Part shown: positions 19,542-29,205 of the stretch, one piece after another
Position numbering within the stretch: position 1 is the first letter of the stretch
Layout of the letters: each line of letters starts with the position of its first letter
Origin: an uncultured virus (IMG/VR IMGVR_UViG_3300028920_000028)
Lineage: Duplodnaviria > Heunggongvirae > Uroviricota > Caudoviricetes
Reading direction: 5' to 3' (one strand)
Virus record (IMG/VR): IMGVR_UViG_3300028920_000028
DNA: 64,000 nucleotides
The notes under the pieces: generated by a model
Seen by the model: only the letters and a program-made list of their open reading frames with translations
Database searches by the model: none
What the model was told of the DNA's origin: nothing
Made by a program: the position numbers and the translations under genes

Positions 19542-21419
19542 ATGGAGTTCCGCTTCGGGGACACCCCCAAATGCAAGAAGTGGGAGCAGATACACGCGCC
19601 GAACATCGATGTGGCGAAGAAGATGTTCATGGCGTCCGTGCTATACCCCGAGCATTACGTGGCATACGACCAGATGGAGGGTTACGAGAAGCCCGAGGAC
19701 GAGGACCTACCCGACGACCCCGAACTCGATGACGAGTGCAGCGAACCAGAGGACGAGGAAGAGGAGGACGAGGAAAGGGAGGAGCCTGATGCGCCCCCCG
19801 TCCCAAGGGCCGATGCGTACATACAAATCTACGACGAGGAGTGGAACGAGATTGGGAAGCTTCCCTACAAGGAGTGCGTTGAGTTCGAATACGGGGACAT
19901 CCAATCGACGTCGCAGAGGCTCATAGGCTCGCCCGCGGGCGACGCCGAATTCGACCAGAAGTCCCTCCCCGTCATAGGCAAGCCGGCCCTTCTCCCGCTG
20001 ACCCCCAAGTCGGAACTGCGCAGGAAGCACGAGCTCATCGAGGCCAAGCTCGGGGAGCTGGAGCAGGCGAAACGCGAATTGGAGCTGGCGGCGAGGGCGC
20101 TGAAGAGGGAACTGTCGAGCAAGAAGCGCGTCATCGCCATGATAGAAACGTTCCTCGGCGTCAGCGAGGAGGTCGTGCTTCTCAAGGACGGAGAGCCGGC
20201 GCCGGAGGAGGAGCCGCTCCATGTGTTCCAGCAGCTCTTGTTCATGGACGAGGAGATAGGGATCTGGTCCGAGGGCGGGCTTGGCTACGAGGACATCGAC
20301 AAGTTCGACGAGTGGGTGGTGCAGAACGCCGAGACGTTCCTGTACAAGCCGAAATCCGTCTGTGCCTTCAGGGTGCGCCGGGAAGAGAAGAAATACACGG
20401 ACGACCCCCTCGTAAACTTCTGGATGAACCAGGAGAACTTCAACACTTATTGGTTCGTGCGCAACGGGTCGCGCTACTACCGCATATGGTCGGGCATCCA
20501 CATCAACGAGAAGGTCTTCCCGACCAACGACGAGATGGCCGAGGTCATGGAGGAGGCGTCAAGGTGGGGCGGCGAGTACGGCAAGGACAAGGTCGAGTCC
20601 TGGCAGAACCGCTACATCTTCGGCATGCTCGCCCTGCAGGGCATGATAGAGCGCACGGACATGTTCGGGACGTCGCTGCGGGGACACGTCAACTTTGCCA
20701 AACCGCACGGCATACCGGAGGACAGGGTGATCCTTGTCCGCGACGCCGAGACAAATCATTGGATCGGTGACGGCCGGCCGTCATGGTACGAGTACCGCAA
20801 GGCAAACGGCAATTCCATCAAGGTCGGGAGCCGTATCGTCATATCACGTGACCGCTGGAGGATGAGCAACGAGAACAACTGGCGCACCTATCCGTTCAAG
20901 GCAAGCCACCCGAGCCATGAAGAGGTGTACACCGTCGACGAGGTGTTCGGGAAGGAGAACCGCTGGAGCACCGAAGGCGATTTTGTGATACGATACCGTG
21001 AGAAGGGGGAGAATTGGTACAGGCAGAGTGATGGGTGGCGCGGCACGAAGTGGGTGCTGCGCGAAAGAAAGAATCGCGTGCCCTTCAAGCTGTACAGGGA
21101 CGAGGCCCTCAACCTGGACGAGATCACTCTCGAGGACATCGAGTACTACATGCACTGCCGCCTGTATCGCAAGGACTATCTCGACATGCTGCCGGCGCTC
21201 CACCTCGTCCTGCGGATCAAGCGGGAGGAGCGCGCCCTCGAGGCGGAGTTCGTGAGGCTGCTCGCCTCCAAGCTCGGGTGGGAGGAGGGCCGCCACGGGG
21301 AGATATTCGAGGCCATCGACTGGTGGAAGCTGAAGAACAAGTGGAAGAGGGCGGTCACGGCCGACGAGCCGAAGGCCATGAGGATGATACTCAAACGCCT
21401 GCAGGAGGAAGAAAGGTGA
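19542..21419 (+). CDS. Large hypothetical protein (625 aa) with an acidic tract and a coiled coil
   Basis: Long ORF with normal composition; DEECSEPEDEEEEDEER tract; ELEQAKRELELAARALKREL coiled coil. No family recognised. Confidence 0.85.
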   Translation: MEFRFGDTPKCKKWEQIHAPNIDVAKKMFMASVLYPEHYVAYDQMEGYEKPEDEDLPDDPELDDECSEPEDEEEEDEEREEPDAPPVPRADAYIQIYDEEWNEIGKLPYKECVEFEYGDIQSTSQRLIGSPAGDAEFDQKSLPVIGKPALLPLTPKSELRRKHELIEAKLGELEQAKRELELAARALKRELSSKKRVIAMIETFLGVSEEVVLLKDGEPAPEEEPLHVFQQLLFMDEEIGIWSEGGLGYEDIDKFDEWVVQNAETFLYKPKSVCAFRVRREEKKYTDDPLVNFWMNQENFNTYWFVRNGSRYYRIWSGIHINEKVFPTNDEMAEVMEEASRWGGEYGKDKVESWQNRYIFGMLALQGMIERTDMFGTSLRGHVNFAKPHGIPEDRVILVRDAETNHWIGDGRPSWYEYRKANGNSIKVGSRIVISRDRWRMSNENNWRTYPFKASHPSHEEVYTVDEVFGKENRWSTEGDFVIRYREKGENWYRQSDGWRGTKWVLRERKNRVPFKLYRDEALNLDEITLEDIEYYMHCRLYRKDYLDMLPALHLVLRIKREERALEAEFVRLLASKLGWEEGRHGEIFEAIDWWKLKNKWKRAVTADEPKAMRMILKRLQEEER

Positions 21420-21652
21420 CGTCGCGCTACCTCGCGCACAACGGGCGCCTGTCCGCCGACGCGTTCGAGAGGATCGTGGCCGCCGTCGTCAAAAATGGCC
21501 CGGAAGGCATGCCTGCCGCCCGCTACGGGCACAGGGTCACCGACATGGTCGTCAATGTGATGAATCTCGTCCCGATGGATCCCATGAAGAAGGCCGCCGC
21601 CAACCTGAGGGCGCTCCTGTACGCAAGGCTGCGTGACGGAGCGAAGCCATGA
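21416..21652 (+). CDS. Hypothetical protein (78 aa)
   Basis: GTG start overlapping the upstream stop, after GGAGG; MTSRYLAHNGRLSADAFERIV.... Confidence 0.6.
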   Translation: MTSRYLAHNGRLSADAFERIVAAVVKNGPEGMPAARYGHRVTDMVVNVMNLVPMDPMKKAAANLRALLYARLRDGAKP

Positions 21653-22077
21653 AGAAACCTGGAGGCAGCATGAGGGCGACGAAACACGACGTGGCGATGT
21701 GCATGAGCCTCACCGCGAGCGTGATAAACAACGCGGCCAGCCGCCTCATGGCCGCGGCGTGCATGGAGGCCTCCGAGCCCATGGACTCGAGCGTATTCGC
21801 GGGATGGCTGCGCCGTACCAGGCACACGGAGAGCATGAACTTCGCCCTGATGTCGCTCCAGACGTACCACTACCTGAGGAACTACAGCCTCGGCGTCAAA
21901 GTCCATTGGGTCGTGGACAGCCCCATGCACAACCCCACCGTCGGCATCGTGCCCGTGGGCTATGTGGTGCGCAAGGCCAAGAACGGCTACACCGGCGTAT
22001 GCCTCGCCGTGACAAGGCTCGTGGAGGGCGACGACGTGCACTTGGTCAAGGAACTGCCGGGGTGGGAGCGGTGCTGA
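21649..22077 (+). CDS. Hypothetical protein (142 aa)
   Basis: ORF track; ATGA overlap with the previous gene. Confidence 0.6.
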   Translation: MKKPGGSMRATKHDVAMCMSLTASVINNAASRLMAAACMEASEPMDSSVFAGWLRRTRHTESMNFALMSLQTYHYLRNYSLGVKVHWVVDSPMHNPTVGIVPVGYVVRKAKNGYTGVCLAVTRLVEGDDVHLVKELPGWERC

Positions 22078-22311
22078 CTACAACCCCATGTAGGCCTCGG
22101 GGTCGTGGGGATCCCACACGATCATGTCGGAGTCCGGCGGCACCGAATCCGCCTGCGCCACGATGAGATTGGCGCCGTCCCTGTGGACGATGTAACTGTG
22201 TCCCCCGTGATCGACCTTGACACCTTGGGAGTCCCCAAGCGCCGCAAGAAGGGCCTTCGAGCAGATCTGCGCCATGGTGCCTGCGTCCATGCCCTTGAGC
22301 AGCAGGGCCAT
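22078..22311 (-). CDS. Hypothetical protein (77 aa)
   Basis: ORF track; directly follows the polyvalent gene. Confidence 0.65.
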   Translation of the reverse strand: MALLLKGMDAGTMAQICSKALLAALGDSQGVKVDHGGHSYIVHRDGANLIVAQADSVPPDSDMIVWDPHDPEAYMGL

Positions 22312-22312
22312 G

Positions 22313-25300
22313 TCAAAACCCGGTCACCTTCCGTATATAGGGGGCTATGCGGTCCTGCTCGCCCGGCCCGAACCTCTCGCGGTGTCTTCCCGACTCGATC
22401 AGAATTTCGCCTTGGGGGTGCGCGTAGGCGATGTCCTCGACCCTCTCGATCTGCGCCCGGGTGGGCCGGCTGCGGAAGTCGAACATGAACTCGCCCCGCC
22501 CGGCGTGCATGCGCACGGCCCCCATCCTGCAGAACGCGTCCATGAACTTGTAGGCCTCGGCGCCGGGCGGCACTATGTCGTCCGGGATGACAAGGCCTAT
22601 CTCGCGGTGGTCGAGCGACCGCGTGCCGCGCTCCCCCATGTTGAGGAGCCTGCCGTCCGGGAGGATGTAGCCGGCCTGGTCCAATATCCCCGTCGTGCCG
22701 AAGTGCTTCACCGCCGCCCGCATCACGGCATTTGACCTCCGCCTGTCCGTGGGCTGATAGAGACTTTTCTTGCCGACCGCCGAGAGGAAGCCTCTCGCGT
22801 GGTCGCCCGTGAGGACGACGTCTCCTTTCTCGTCGGTGACCCACTTGGACAGCAGCTGCTTGGCGTCCGCGCCGCCCCGGAAGTCGTAGTCGAGCGCGTT
22901 CATCGCCTTGGAGAAGGCGTCCCAAACTTTCATGGGGACGGCTTCACGGTCGATGTGGATCTTGTCGCCCTCCACTCGGTAAAAGGATCCGCCCCTGTCC
23001 GATCCGGCCCTGTCCAAAAGGTAACTCCGAACCACAGCCGTCGCCAAGCCACAAGGAATTCTTGTGGCTTCCGCACCCTCCTTGATTGCCGGCACCTTTT
23101 CGTATTCGAGGAGCGGCCTCCCCCCCGCGTTGTAGACCCCCGTGAGCGCGGGGATCAACGACTTCAGCTTGTCAGCCAGCGGGGCGCCCAGCCTCTTCCA
23201 CGAGCCCACCTCGCTCAACATGCTGACGAACACCATGCGGCTGTGCGTCTTGTTGTAGTTCATCTTGAGGGGCAGCCCCACCCCGAACTTCTCCTCGAAG
23301 TCCGTGTGCTGCGCGTCGCCGACCCACGCGTAGAGGTCGCCGGCCTCCGACACCCCCATGCGGACCGTGCCGTACTTCGACGACTTGAGGGCGTCCCTGA
23401 ACTCGGACGGCGTGGGATCCTTGAAAACCTCCAAGTACCCCTTGAACCACGGCCTGTTGACCTCGTCGGCCTTCCAGAAGGCGGCGTACTTCCCGACGAC
23501 CGACAGCGGCGACGGGCCGGCGCCCTCCATGATTGAGGTCACCCGCTCGATGATCGCCTTGGCCTCCTGCGGCTTGAACAGGATCGGGATCCCACCAGCG
23601 GCCCCCCAAGCCCTCAGCTTGTCGGGGCTGTCGTCTATGAGCACGTTGCCGTCGCCCGCGTACTGCGACTTGTCCCTGCCGAACACGGTGATGTGCTCGG
23701 CCCCCGGGAAATGCCTGTCGACGATGGCGTCCTTCTTGGCGAGGAGGCTCTCGCGGTTCTCGCGCCACCGTTTCCCCACGCCGACCGACGAGAGTATGGC
23801 CGGGTCGTACTTGGACAGCGCCCTCCACACCCGGACCCCCTCGGGTATCGGCTCCGTGACCCTGAGCCACTCCTCGAGAGGCGCGGCGTTGACCCTCCTC
23901 CAGAACTCGTCGGTCTCCTCCGGTGTCCCCCGCTCCCCGCCGAGCGCCTTGAGGGAGCCGTCGAGGTCGAGGAGGACCCCGTTGAGGTCGAAGTACACCT
24001 TGCGCTCGCGCCCCGCCGCCGAGCGGGACTCGAAGGGGCGTCCCGTGTCCTCCTTGCCGGCGAGTTCGTCAAGGGCCGACCTGCCGCCCTGCACGAACCA
24101 GGAGGCCAGGTTGCTCCTCTGGTGCACGACGTTCAGCATCGAGTCGAGCGCCAGGAGCTTCTGCTCGTAGTCGGTCGCCGTCATCGCCTTGTGCAACCAC
24201 TTGACCAGGTAGTCGATCCCGTAGTCGGAGATCATCCACTCGCCGTGGATGTCGGCTATTGCCGTATCGATCCTGTCATCGATATCCTTCGGTATCGGTA
24301 TCTCCCTTTCCCTGAACTCGTTCAGCGGGTCGCCCGCGGTGTGGCCGGAGAGATAGTTGTTCACGTCTATGCGGACGACCTTGTTGAGGAAGTCCTCAAG
24401 TATGTCGTCGATGCCCCTCTCGTCCCGGACGACGCCCGCCTTGGCGTAGTCGCGCCATATCTTCTTCATCCTGGCGGTGTTGAGCGGCGCCAGCTTCCTG
24501 GGCGGCCTGTTCTCGACGATGTTGTCGATGGCCCTTTCGAGTTCCTCCTGGTACCTCTCGTGGTAGACCCCCCAGGCGGCCTCGTGCGGGTCGCGCCATG
24601 AGGCCGTCACCCTCGACGCCCACACATCCGAATACTGCCCGTACTTCCCGGGGTCGTCGTCCAGCTTGTCGACCACGATGTAGCCCGGATCGAACCGGAC
24701 ACCCGGTATCTTGCGCCAGTTGTAGCCCGCGCCGGCCTCGTACGCGCCCGGGGGTATGTCGATGGTGTAGACGCCGTCCGGCAACTGCGCCACGACGTAT
24801 ACGTGCTGGTCGCCCACCGCCGCGCTGATTGTCTGCGCCTCGATCCCCTTGGACGACAGCACCCCCGCCATGTTCTCGGCTATGTCCTGGCAAACCCCGC
24901 CGGCGCCGAGGACCTCGTCAATGCCCTCGTCGTTCTGGTCCCAGGCATCGTAGGCCCTCTGGGCGGCGGACGCCAGGGCCGGAAGCAGCGGCCGTATCGC
25001 CGCCGGGATCCCCGAGGACAGCGCGGCCTCCTTGGACCGCTCCATCTGTTCGACCGCTTTGGTCGCCCATGCGTAGCCCGGGTCGCCGCCCCACAATAGC
25101 CACGCCACGTAGCCCCTGTCCTTCCACGGCTCGTCGCGGTGCTTCGGGTCGATTGCCTTGTTCTTGCGGTGCCGGTCGAAGAACGCCTTCATCCGGCGCA
25201 CGGTGGAGGGGGACAGCTTGGAGCGGTTCTTGAGGTTGACGGCCCGCTGCACCCCCGACCCCACGCCCTCGGCCCCCGCCTGCTGGGCGCTGAGGCCCCC

Positions 25301-25393
25301 GCGCCCCTTGGCGCGCCGGCGGTACCCGAGGCCCTTGGCGGCCGCCGCCGCGACGGACGCCGGGGGCACCAGATTAGGGGATCCCCCGCTCAT
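22313..25393 (-). CDS. Polyvalent multidomain phage protein (1026 aa) including a papain/transglutaminase-like domain and an NT5C-like HAD domain
   Basis: Start MSGGSPNLV overlaps the upstream stop. Domains: YVAWLLWGGDPG; GGVCQDIA..QHVYVV..TIDIP (Cys-His-Asp); ISDYG..LNVVHQRSNLASWFVQGG; KVYFDLNGVL..NVLIDDSPDKL..W..AGGIPILF; HFGTT..AGYILPDGRLL..DHREI. Confidence 0.85.
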   Translation of the reverse strand: MSGGSPNLVPPASVAAAAAKGLGYRRRAKGRGGLSAQQAGAEGVGSGVQRAVNLKNRSKLSPSTVRRMKAFFDRHRKNKAIDPKHRDEPWKDRGYVAWLLWGGDPGYAWATKAVEQMERSKEAALSSGIPAAIRPLLPALASAAQRAYDAWDQNDEGIDEVLGAGGVCQDIAENMAGVLSSKGIEAQTISAAVGDQHVYVVAQLPDGVYTIDIPPGAYEAGAGYNWRKIPGVRFDPGYIVVDKLDDDPGKYGQYSDVWASRVTASWRDPHEAAWGVYHERYQEELERAIDNIVENRPPRKLAPLNTARMKKIWRDYAKAGVVRDERGIDDILEDFLNKVVRIDVNNYLSGHTAGDPLNEFREREIPIPKDIDDRIDTAIADIHGEWMISDYGIDYLVKWLHKAMTATDYEQKLLALDSMLNVVHQRSNLASWFVQGGRSALDELAGKEDTGRPFESRSAAGRERKVYFDLNGVLLDLDGSLKALGGERGTPEETDEFWRRVNAAPLEEWLRVTEPIPEGVRVWRALSKYDPAILSSVGVGKRWRENRESLLAKKDAIVDRHFPGAEHITVFGRDKSQYAGDGNVLIDDSPDKLRAWGAAGGIPILFKPQEAKAIIERVTSIMEGAGPSPLSVVGKYAAFWKADEVNRPWFKGYLEVFKDPTPSEFRDALKSSKYGTVRMGVSEAGDLYAWVGDAQHTDFEEKFGVGLPLKMNYNKTHSRMVFVSMLSEVGSWKRLGAPLADKLKSLIPALTGVYNAGGRPLLEYEKVPAIKEGAEATRIPCGLATAVVRSYLLDRAGSDRGGSFYRVEGDKIHIDREAVPMKVWDAFSKAMNALDYDFRGGADAKQLLSKWVTDEKGDVVLTGDHARGFLSAVGKKSLYQPTDRRRSNAVMRAAVKHFGTTGILDQAGYILPDGRLLNMGERGTRSLDHREIGLVIPDDIVPPGAEAYKFMDAFCRMGAVRMHAGRGEFMFDFRSRPTRAQIERVEDIAYAHPQGEILIESGRHRERFGPGEQDRIAPYIRKVTGF

Positions 25394-25722
25394 TTCTTCC
25401 TTCCCCTGCGCCTCTTCCCGCCGTCGCCCCCCGCCTCCGACTTGCCCTCGGCCACGGGGTATTCGACGCTGCGGAACGGGGGCCTTATGAAGAACCTCAC
25501 GCGCTCGTCCTTCAAGGTCAGCTCGTAGCCGCCGCCCTTGTAAACCACCTTCACGACGTTTTCCACGACTATGCACGTGTCCGACGAATGCACCTCGACC
25601 GTTCTTCCCGACGAGTCCGCCATGCACACCATGTCGACGTAATCATAGTCCATGTCCGCCCGGGGGGAGTCGAGCATGACGAGGAGCAGCAGGGCCGCAA
25701 GCGCCGTCTTGAACACTAACAC
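25390..25722 (-). CDS. Putative secreted protein (110 aa)
   Basis: N-terminal signal-like FKTALAALLLLVML; basic C-terminal tail. Confidence 0.65.
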   Translation of the reverse strand: MLVFKTALAALLLLVMLDSPRADMDYDYVDMVCMADSSGRTVEVHSSDTCIVVENVVKVVYKGGGYELTLKDERVRFFIRPPFRSVEYPVAEGKSEAGGDGGKRRRGRKK

Positions 25723-25789
25723 ACCGCCTGTTAGGGTGCAAAGGAGATATCCGATTCACGCCTTTTATTAGTAGATCAACGCACCGCCC

Positions 25790-25818
25790 TTGACCTCCCC
25801 GGCAGGATATACTATATT
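25790..25818 (+). promoter_or_regulatory. Sigma70-like promoter
   Basis: TTGACC-N17-TATATT upstream of 25906. Confidence 0.7.
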
Positions 25819-25856
25819 GAAACCAAGGCCGCGCAGGCCGTAGCTTCCGCCGAGGT

Positions 25857-25881
25857 ATCCACGGGGAGTCTCCCCGTGGAT
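25857..25881. repeat. Perfect 25-bp palindrome in a 5' leader
   Basis: ATCCACGGGGAG-T-CTCCCCGTGGAT. Confidence 0.9.
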
Positions 25882-25905
25882 TCAACCAACAAAGGGAGGG
25901 AAGCG

Positions 25906-26490
25906 ATGAACGTTTCCAAACTCATAGCCGAGTTCGCCGGGCTCCGGCAACTCTTCGACGACCCGGTCAGATGCCCGGTCGGGCCGGATCTCATCCACTA
26001 CCTCGCACAGCCGAGGGCGCATTCCACGCAGTTCGACTACGCCACCGCCTACCGGGAACTCCGTGGGCGGACCCACGAGGACGACATGAGCCCCCTGGGA
26101 TACGCGCCGACGGACTACACGGTGTTCAAGGCGCGCTACCGGCACCTGGCCAACAACAACACGGCCTACCGGATAGCGTGCAAGAGGAACCCGACGGTGC
26201 CGGAGCTGGAGAAGTTCGCCAGCACCCGGCCGCAATGGGCCATCCTGTGGCCCGTCAAGGTCTACCTGCAGCACCACATGGCGCTGGCCAGGGAGTACCG
26301 GGGGATGCTGCCGTTCGGCAGCGAGGTGATACGTTTCCTCAATGAGCGGATGGGCATGGAGCTGCCCGTCACACCAAGCGCGACGGACCACGTGATGCTG
26401 CGGGATTTGAGCAACGGCATGGCCGAGGCTCTCGGCATCCCGACAGTGGTGGTCAACGACGTCATGTACATACTTGGCAGGGACAGCTAG
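25906..26490 (+). CDS. Hypothetical protein (194 aa); C-terminus weakly resembles HhH-GPD glycosylase tails
   Basis: GGGAGGG ribosome-binding site; ...MLPFGSEVIRFL...MAEALGIPTVVVNDVMYILG. Confidence 0.7.
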   Translation: MNVSKLIAEFAGLRQLFDDPVRCPVGPDLIHYLAQPRAHSTQFDYATAYRELRGRTHEDDMSPLGYAPTDYTVFKARYRHLANNNTAYRIACKRNPTVPELEKFASTRPQWAILWPVKVYLQHHMALAREYRGMLPFGSEVIRFLNERMGMELPVTPSATDHVMLRDLSNGMAEALGIPTVVVNDVMYILGRDS

Positions 26491-26544
26491 GGGCACCTGC
26501 GCGGCCCCCTCACATCCCCGTAGTGAAAAAAGTTGAGATTTTAT

Positions 26545-26573
26545 TTTACACACCAATTGCAGAAAAGTATATT
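26545..26573 (+). promoter_or_regulatory. Sigma70-like early promoter
   Basis: TTTACA-N17-TATATT with AAAAG before the -10 and an AT-rich upstream element. Confidence 0.7.
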
Positions 26574-26608
26574 AACCACGGAAGGCAACAGGAAACCGGG
26601 GAAATGCG

Positions 26609-27331
26609 ATGGCATACCAACTGCAAAAGACCACGGGGGCGGAGCTCAACGGGGTTAAGGCCTCCGATGCCCTGGGGATGTACTTCGACCGAAAAATATC
26701 GTGGGTGGAGCTGGCCATGGTGATGGACGCTTTGGGGCCGAGCCCCGAGACGGATCCCGGGCTGGCCCTGGACGAGCCGAAGCGGAGGCGCATACGGAGG
26801 ATGATGCAGGCCTACCGCCTCCTGAAGGGCAAAAGGCCCGACTACATCGAGGGCGCGCTCAAGAAGGCCGGGACGTGGGTCCCGAACCCCGAGGCCCTCA
26901 ACTACCTGCTCGTGCTGTACCGCGAGAACAAGGAGGAGCCGAAGGCGAGAAACGCGCTCCTTCTGGACACCATCGACAAGGTCATTTCCGGCAAGATCAT
27001 CGAGAAGCAGATACGCATACTCGTGCGGAAGCAGCGGAGCGGCGCCCGCGGGGCCGCGTCCGCCAGCGTCGAGCGCGACGGCACGGACCGCAAGCAGGCG
27101 GTGGTGACGCCGGACAGCAAAAACCAGGGGGACCCGAAGTCGGTGGCGGCGGCGGAGTCGGCCTTGAAGTCGCTGAACTTCATCCTGGACACCGCGCTGG
27201 AGCGGAACTCGTACCGCAACCTCCGCGCCGTCCTGGGCGCGGAGTGCCGAGCGATGAGCACCAGGCTCAGCTGCATAGCCGACGAGGAGTTCCTCAAGAT
27301 GTGGAGGAAGCGAAAGGTGGTCGACCTATGA
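26609..27331 (+). CDS. Basic helical hypothetical protein (240 aa), possibly nucleic-acid binding
   Basis: ORF track; first gene after the promoter; ATGA overlap with the ATPase gene. Confidence 0.8.
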   Translation: MAYQLQKTTGAELNGVKASDALGMYFDRKISWVELAMVMDALGPSPETDPGLALDEPKRRRIRRMMQAYRLLKGKRPDYIEGALKKAGTWVPNPEALNYLLVLYRENKEEPKARNALLLDTIDKVISGKIIEKQIRILVRKQRSGARGAASASVERDGTDRKQAVVTPDSKNQGDPKSVAAAESALKSLNFILDTALERNSYRNLRAVLGAECRAMSTRLSCIADEEFLKMWRKRKVVDL

Positions 27332-29205
27332 CCGACAGGTTCGAGTGGAGCTTCGGCTCAAATGCGGGCATGCTCCTGGCCCACGTCAGCGAGTACGAGC
27401 CGGAGCGCGGCCTGTACGAGCTGTCGAAGAACGCCGAGGAGGCCGGGGCCAAGAAGATACGCATCGAGTTCGACTACGACGGCCGCCGCATAGTCATCGG
27501 CGACGACGGCGACGGCATGGGCGCCGACGAACTGGGCCGCATGAGCCAGAACATCGGAAAGTCCTCGAAGGACATGAAGCACTACGGCGTCGGCATGATG
27601 TCGTTCTTCCGCGTCGGCACGCGCATCGTCATCTTCTCCAAGCGCAAGGGCGACAAGAGGCCGTGCGTGCTCTCGTGCGCGATCGCGAACGACTCCATAG
27701 TGTCGGACACCGGCGGCCCCCGGGAGGCGACCGACGCGGACATGGCGGAGCACCCCGTGCAGACGGGCAAGCTGACGCACGGCGCGAAGCACGGCACGAT
27801 AATGATCGTCGAGGGTGTCGGCAGGAACAAGGCGAGCCGGTACGACTTCACGTTCGACATGCGGGAGGTCTTCGAGAAGAAGCGGTTCGAGGGCTACTTC
27901 CGGCGCGAGGCGGACTACAAGCTGGCCACGTACAGCTACTACATCAAGTACGGCCAGGACAAGCCCAAGAAGCTCACGGCGAAGCTCGGATCCGGCAAGC
28001 ACATAAAGATAAGGTTCCCGGACAAGGACCACCCGTGCATCCGTGGGGGCGAGCCGATCAACGTGTTCTGCATCGACTCCGACACCTACGAGATCCGCGT
28101 CGAGATCGACCTGTGGGCGAGCGCGTCGCAGCGCGGGGCCATCCACGTCTCCGAGGACAAGCAGAACGTCCTCGAGATGAAGGACGCCATGAGGCACTCC
28201 ACGCGGCTGTCGTACAAGTCCTCGATATTCCTGGGCCACCCGATGGCCAAGTACCTGCGCGGCCTGGTCGACGTGCATGTCAAGCCCCTCAACGGCGCGC
28301 CCGAGAAGTCGATATGGTCCGGCAGCCGGATGCAGCTGAACATGAGCGGGCCGTTCGGGGCCGCGCTCGCGAACATGCTGAACCACATCGACGTCGAGTT
28401 CCTCCGGGACGTCGTGCAGGACTACGTCTCCGACAAGCTCAGCATGAAGGACGAGAGGCGCTCCAGGGAGATACAGGAGGACATGGAGGCCATGGTCAAG
28501 AGCCACCCCGTCTTCTTCGAGAGCCTGGTGTCGATGCAGTCGGTGGACGAGGTCCACCCGCACAGGGTCAAGTGCCGGGGCTGCGGCCTGTCGGCGACCC
28601 CGTCCAGGGGCCTGCCGCCGAGCGGCCAGATGTCCAACGAGTGCATCTACTACATGCCCGAGGCCCGGACGTACTACTGCGGGAACTGCGGCACGACGTG
28701 GAAGCGCGCCGTCAGGCCGATGCCCGCCAGCAAGGGCAGGTCGCCGACGTACAGGCAGCCCAAGCCCGGCACCGGGACGTCGCGGCGGAAGAGGCACGGC
28801 TTCGGGTTCACGTTCAGCGTGCGGCCGTTCGAGTCGCGCGACGAGCGCCGCACCCGGGTGGACGGCACGACGATAGAGATCAACTCCATCCACGAGTCGT
28901 ACAAGGCCCTGGCCTCGATGAAGGGGTCGGTGGCCGGCCGCCTGCTCAAGGTGTACGAGCGGCAGCAGGCCCTGCAGGCGATAGTCGAGCACGAGGCCGA
29001 CAACCTCACGCGAGACCAGATCATATCGAAGCTGCGCGACGGGGACTCGATGGTCCTCACGTGGTACAACCCGGACAAGACGCAGGGGAGCCCTGCGGAC
29101 ACGCTTTCCGGCGGCGCCGAGCCCGGCAAAGGGGCCGCGGCGACCGGGCCGTCGGTTGTCGAACCTACAGCTGCGGACCTCAAGGCCGCATGGGAGGGCA
29201 GATGA
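27328..29205 (+). CDS. GHKL (HATPase_c, MORC/Hsp90-like) ATPase with a zinc ribbon (625 aa)
   Basis: LYELSKNAEEAGA (motif I), DDGDGM (II), IGKSSK..HYGVGMMS (III), HGTIMIVEG (IV); CRGC...CGNC. Confidence 0.85.
   Translation: MTDRFEWSFGSNAGMLLAHVSEYEPERGLYELSKNAEEAGAKKIRIEFDYDGRRIVIGDDGDGMGADELGRMSQNIGKSSKDMKHYGVGMMSFFRVGTRIVIFSKRKGDKRPCVLSCAIANDSIVSDTGGPREATDADMAEHPVQTGKLTHGAKHGTIMIVEGVGRNKASRYDFTFDMREVFEKKRFEGYFRREADYKLATYSYYIKYGQDKPKKLTAKLGSGKHIKIRFPDKDHPCIRGGEPINVFCIDSDTYEIRVEIDLWASASQRGAIHVSEDKQNVLEMKDAMRHSTRLSYKSSIFLGHPMAKYLRGLVDVHVKPLNGAPEKSIWSGSRMQLNMSGPFGAALANMLNHIDVEFLRDVVQDYVSDKLSMKDERRSREIQEDMEAMVKSHPVFFESLVSMQSVDEVHPHRVKCRGCGLSATPSRGLPPSGQMSNECIYYMPEARTYYCGNCGTTWKRAVRPMPASKGRSPTYRQPKPGTGTSRRKRHGFGFTFSVRPFESRDERRTRVDGTTIEINSIHESYKALASMKGSVAGRLLKVYERQQALQAIVEHEADNLTRDQIISKLRDGDSMVLTWYNPDKTQGSPADTLSGGAEPGKGAAATGPSVVEPTAADLKAAWEGR

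Noticed and set aside
25906..26490. DNA glycosylase call for the 194-aa ORF
   Set aside because: Only the C-terminal tail is reminiscent; no clear HhH motif or catalytic Asp/Lys was found.
27345..29201. N-terminal part of the 808-aa ORF overlapping the GHKL ATPase
   Set aside because: It is an off-frame shadow; only the part from ATG 29202 (winged-HTH) looks like a real protein.
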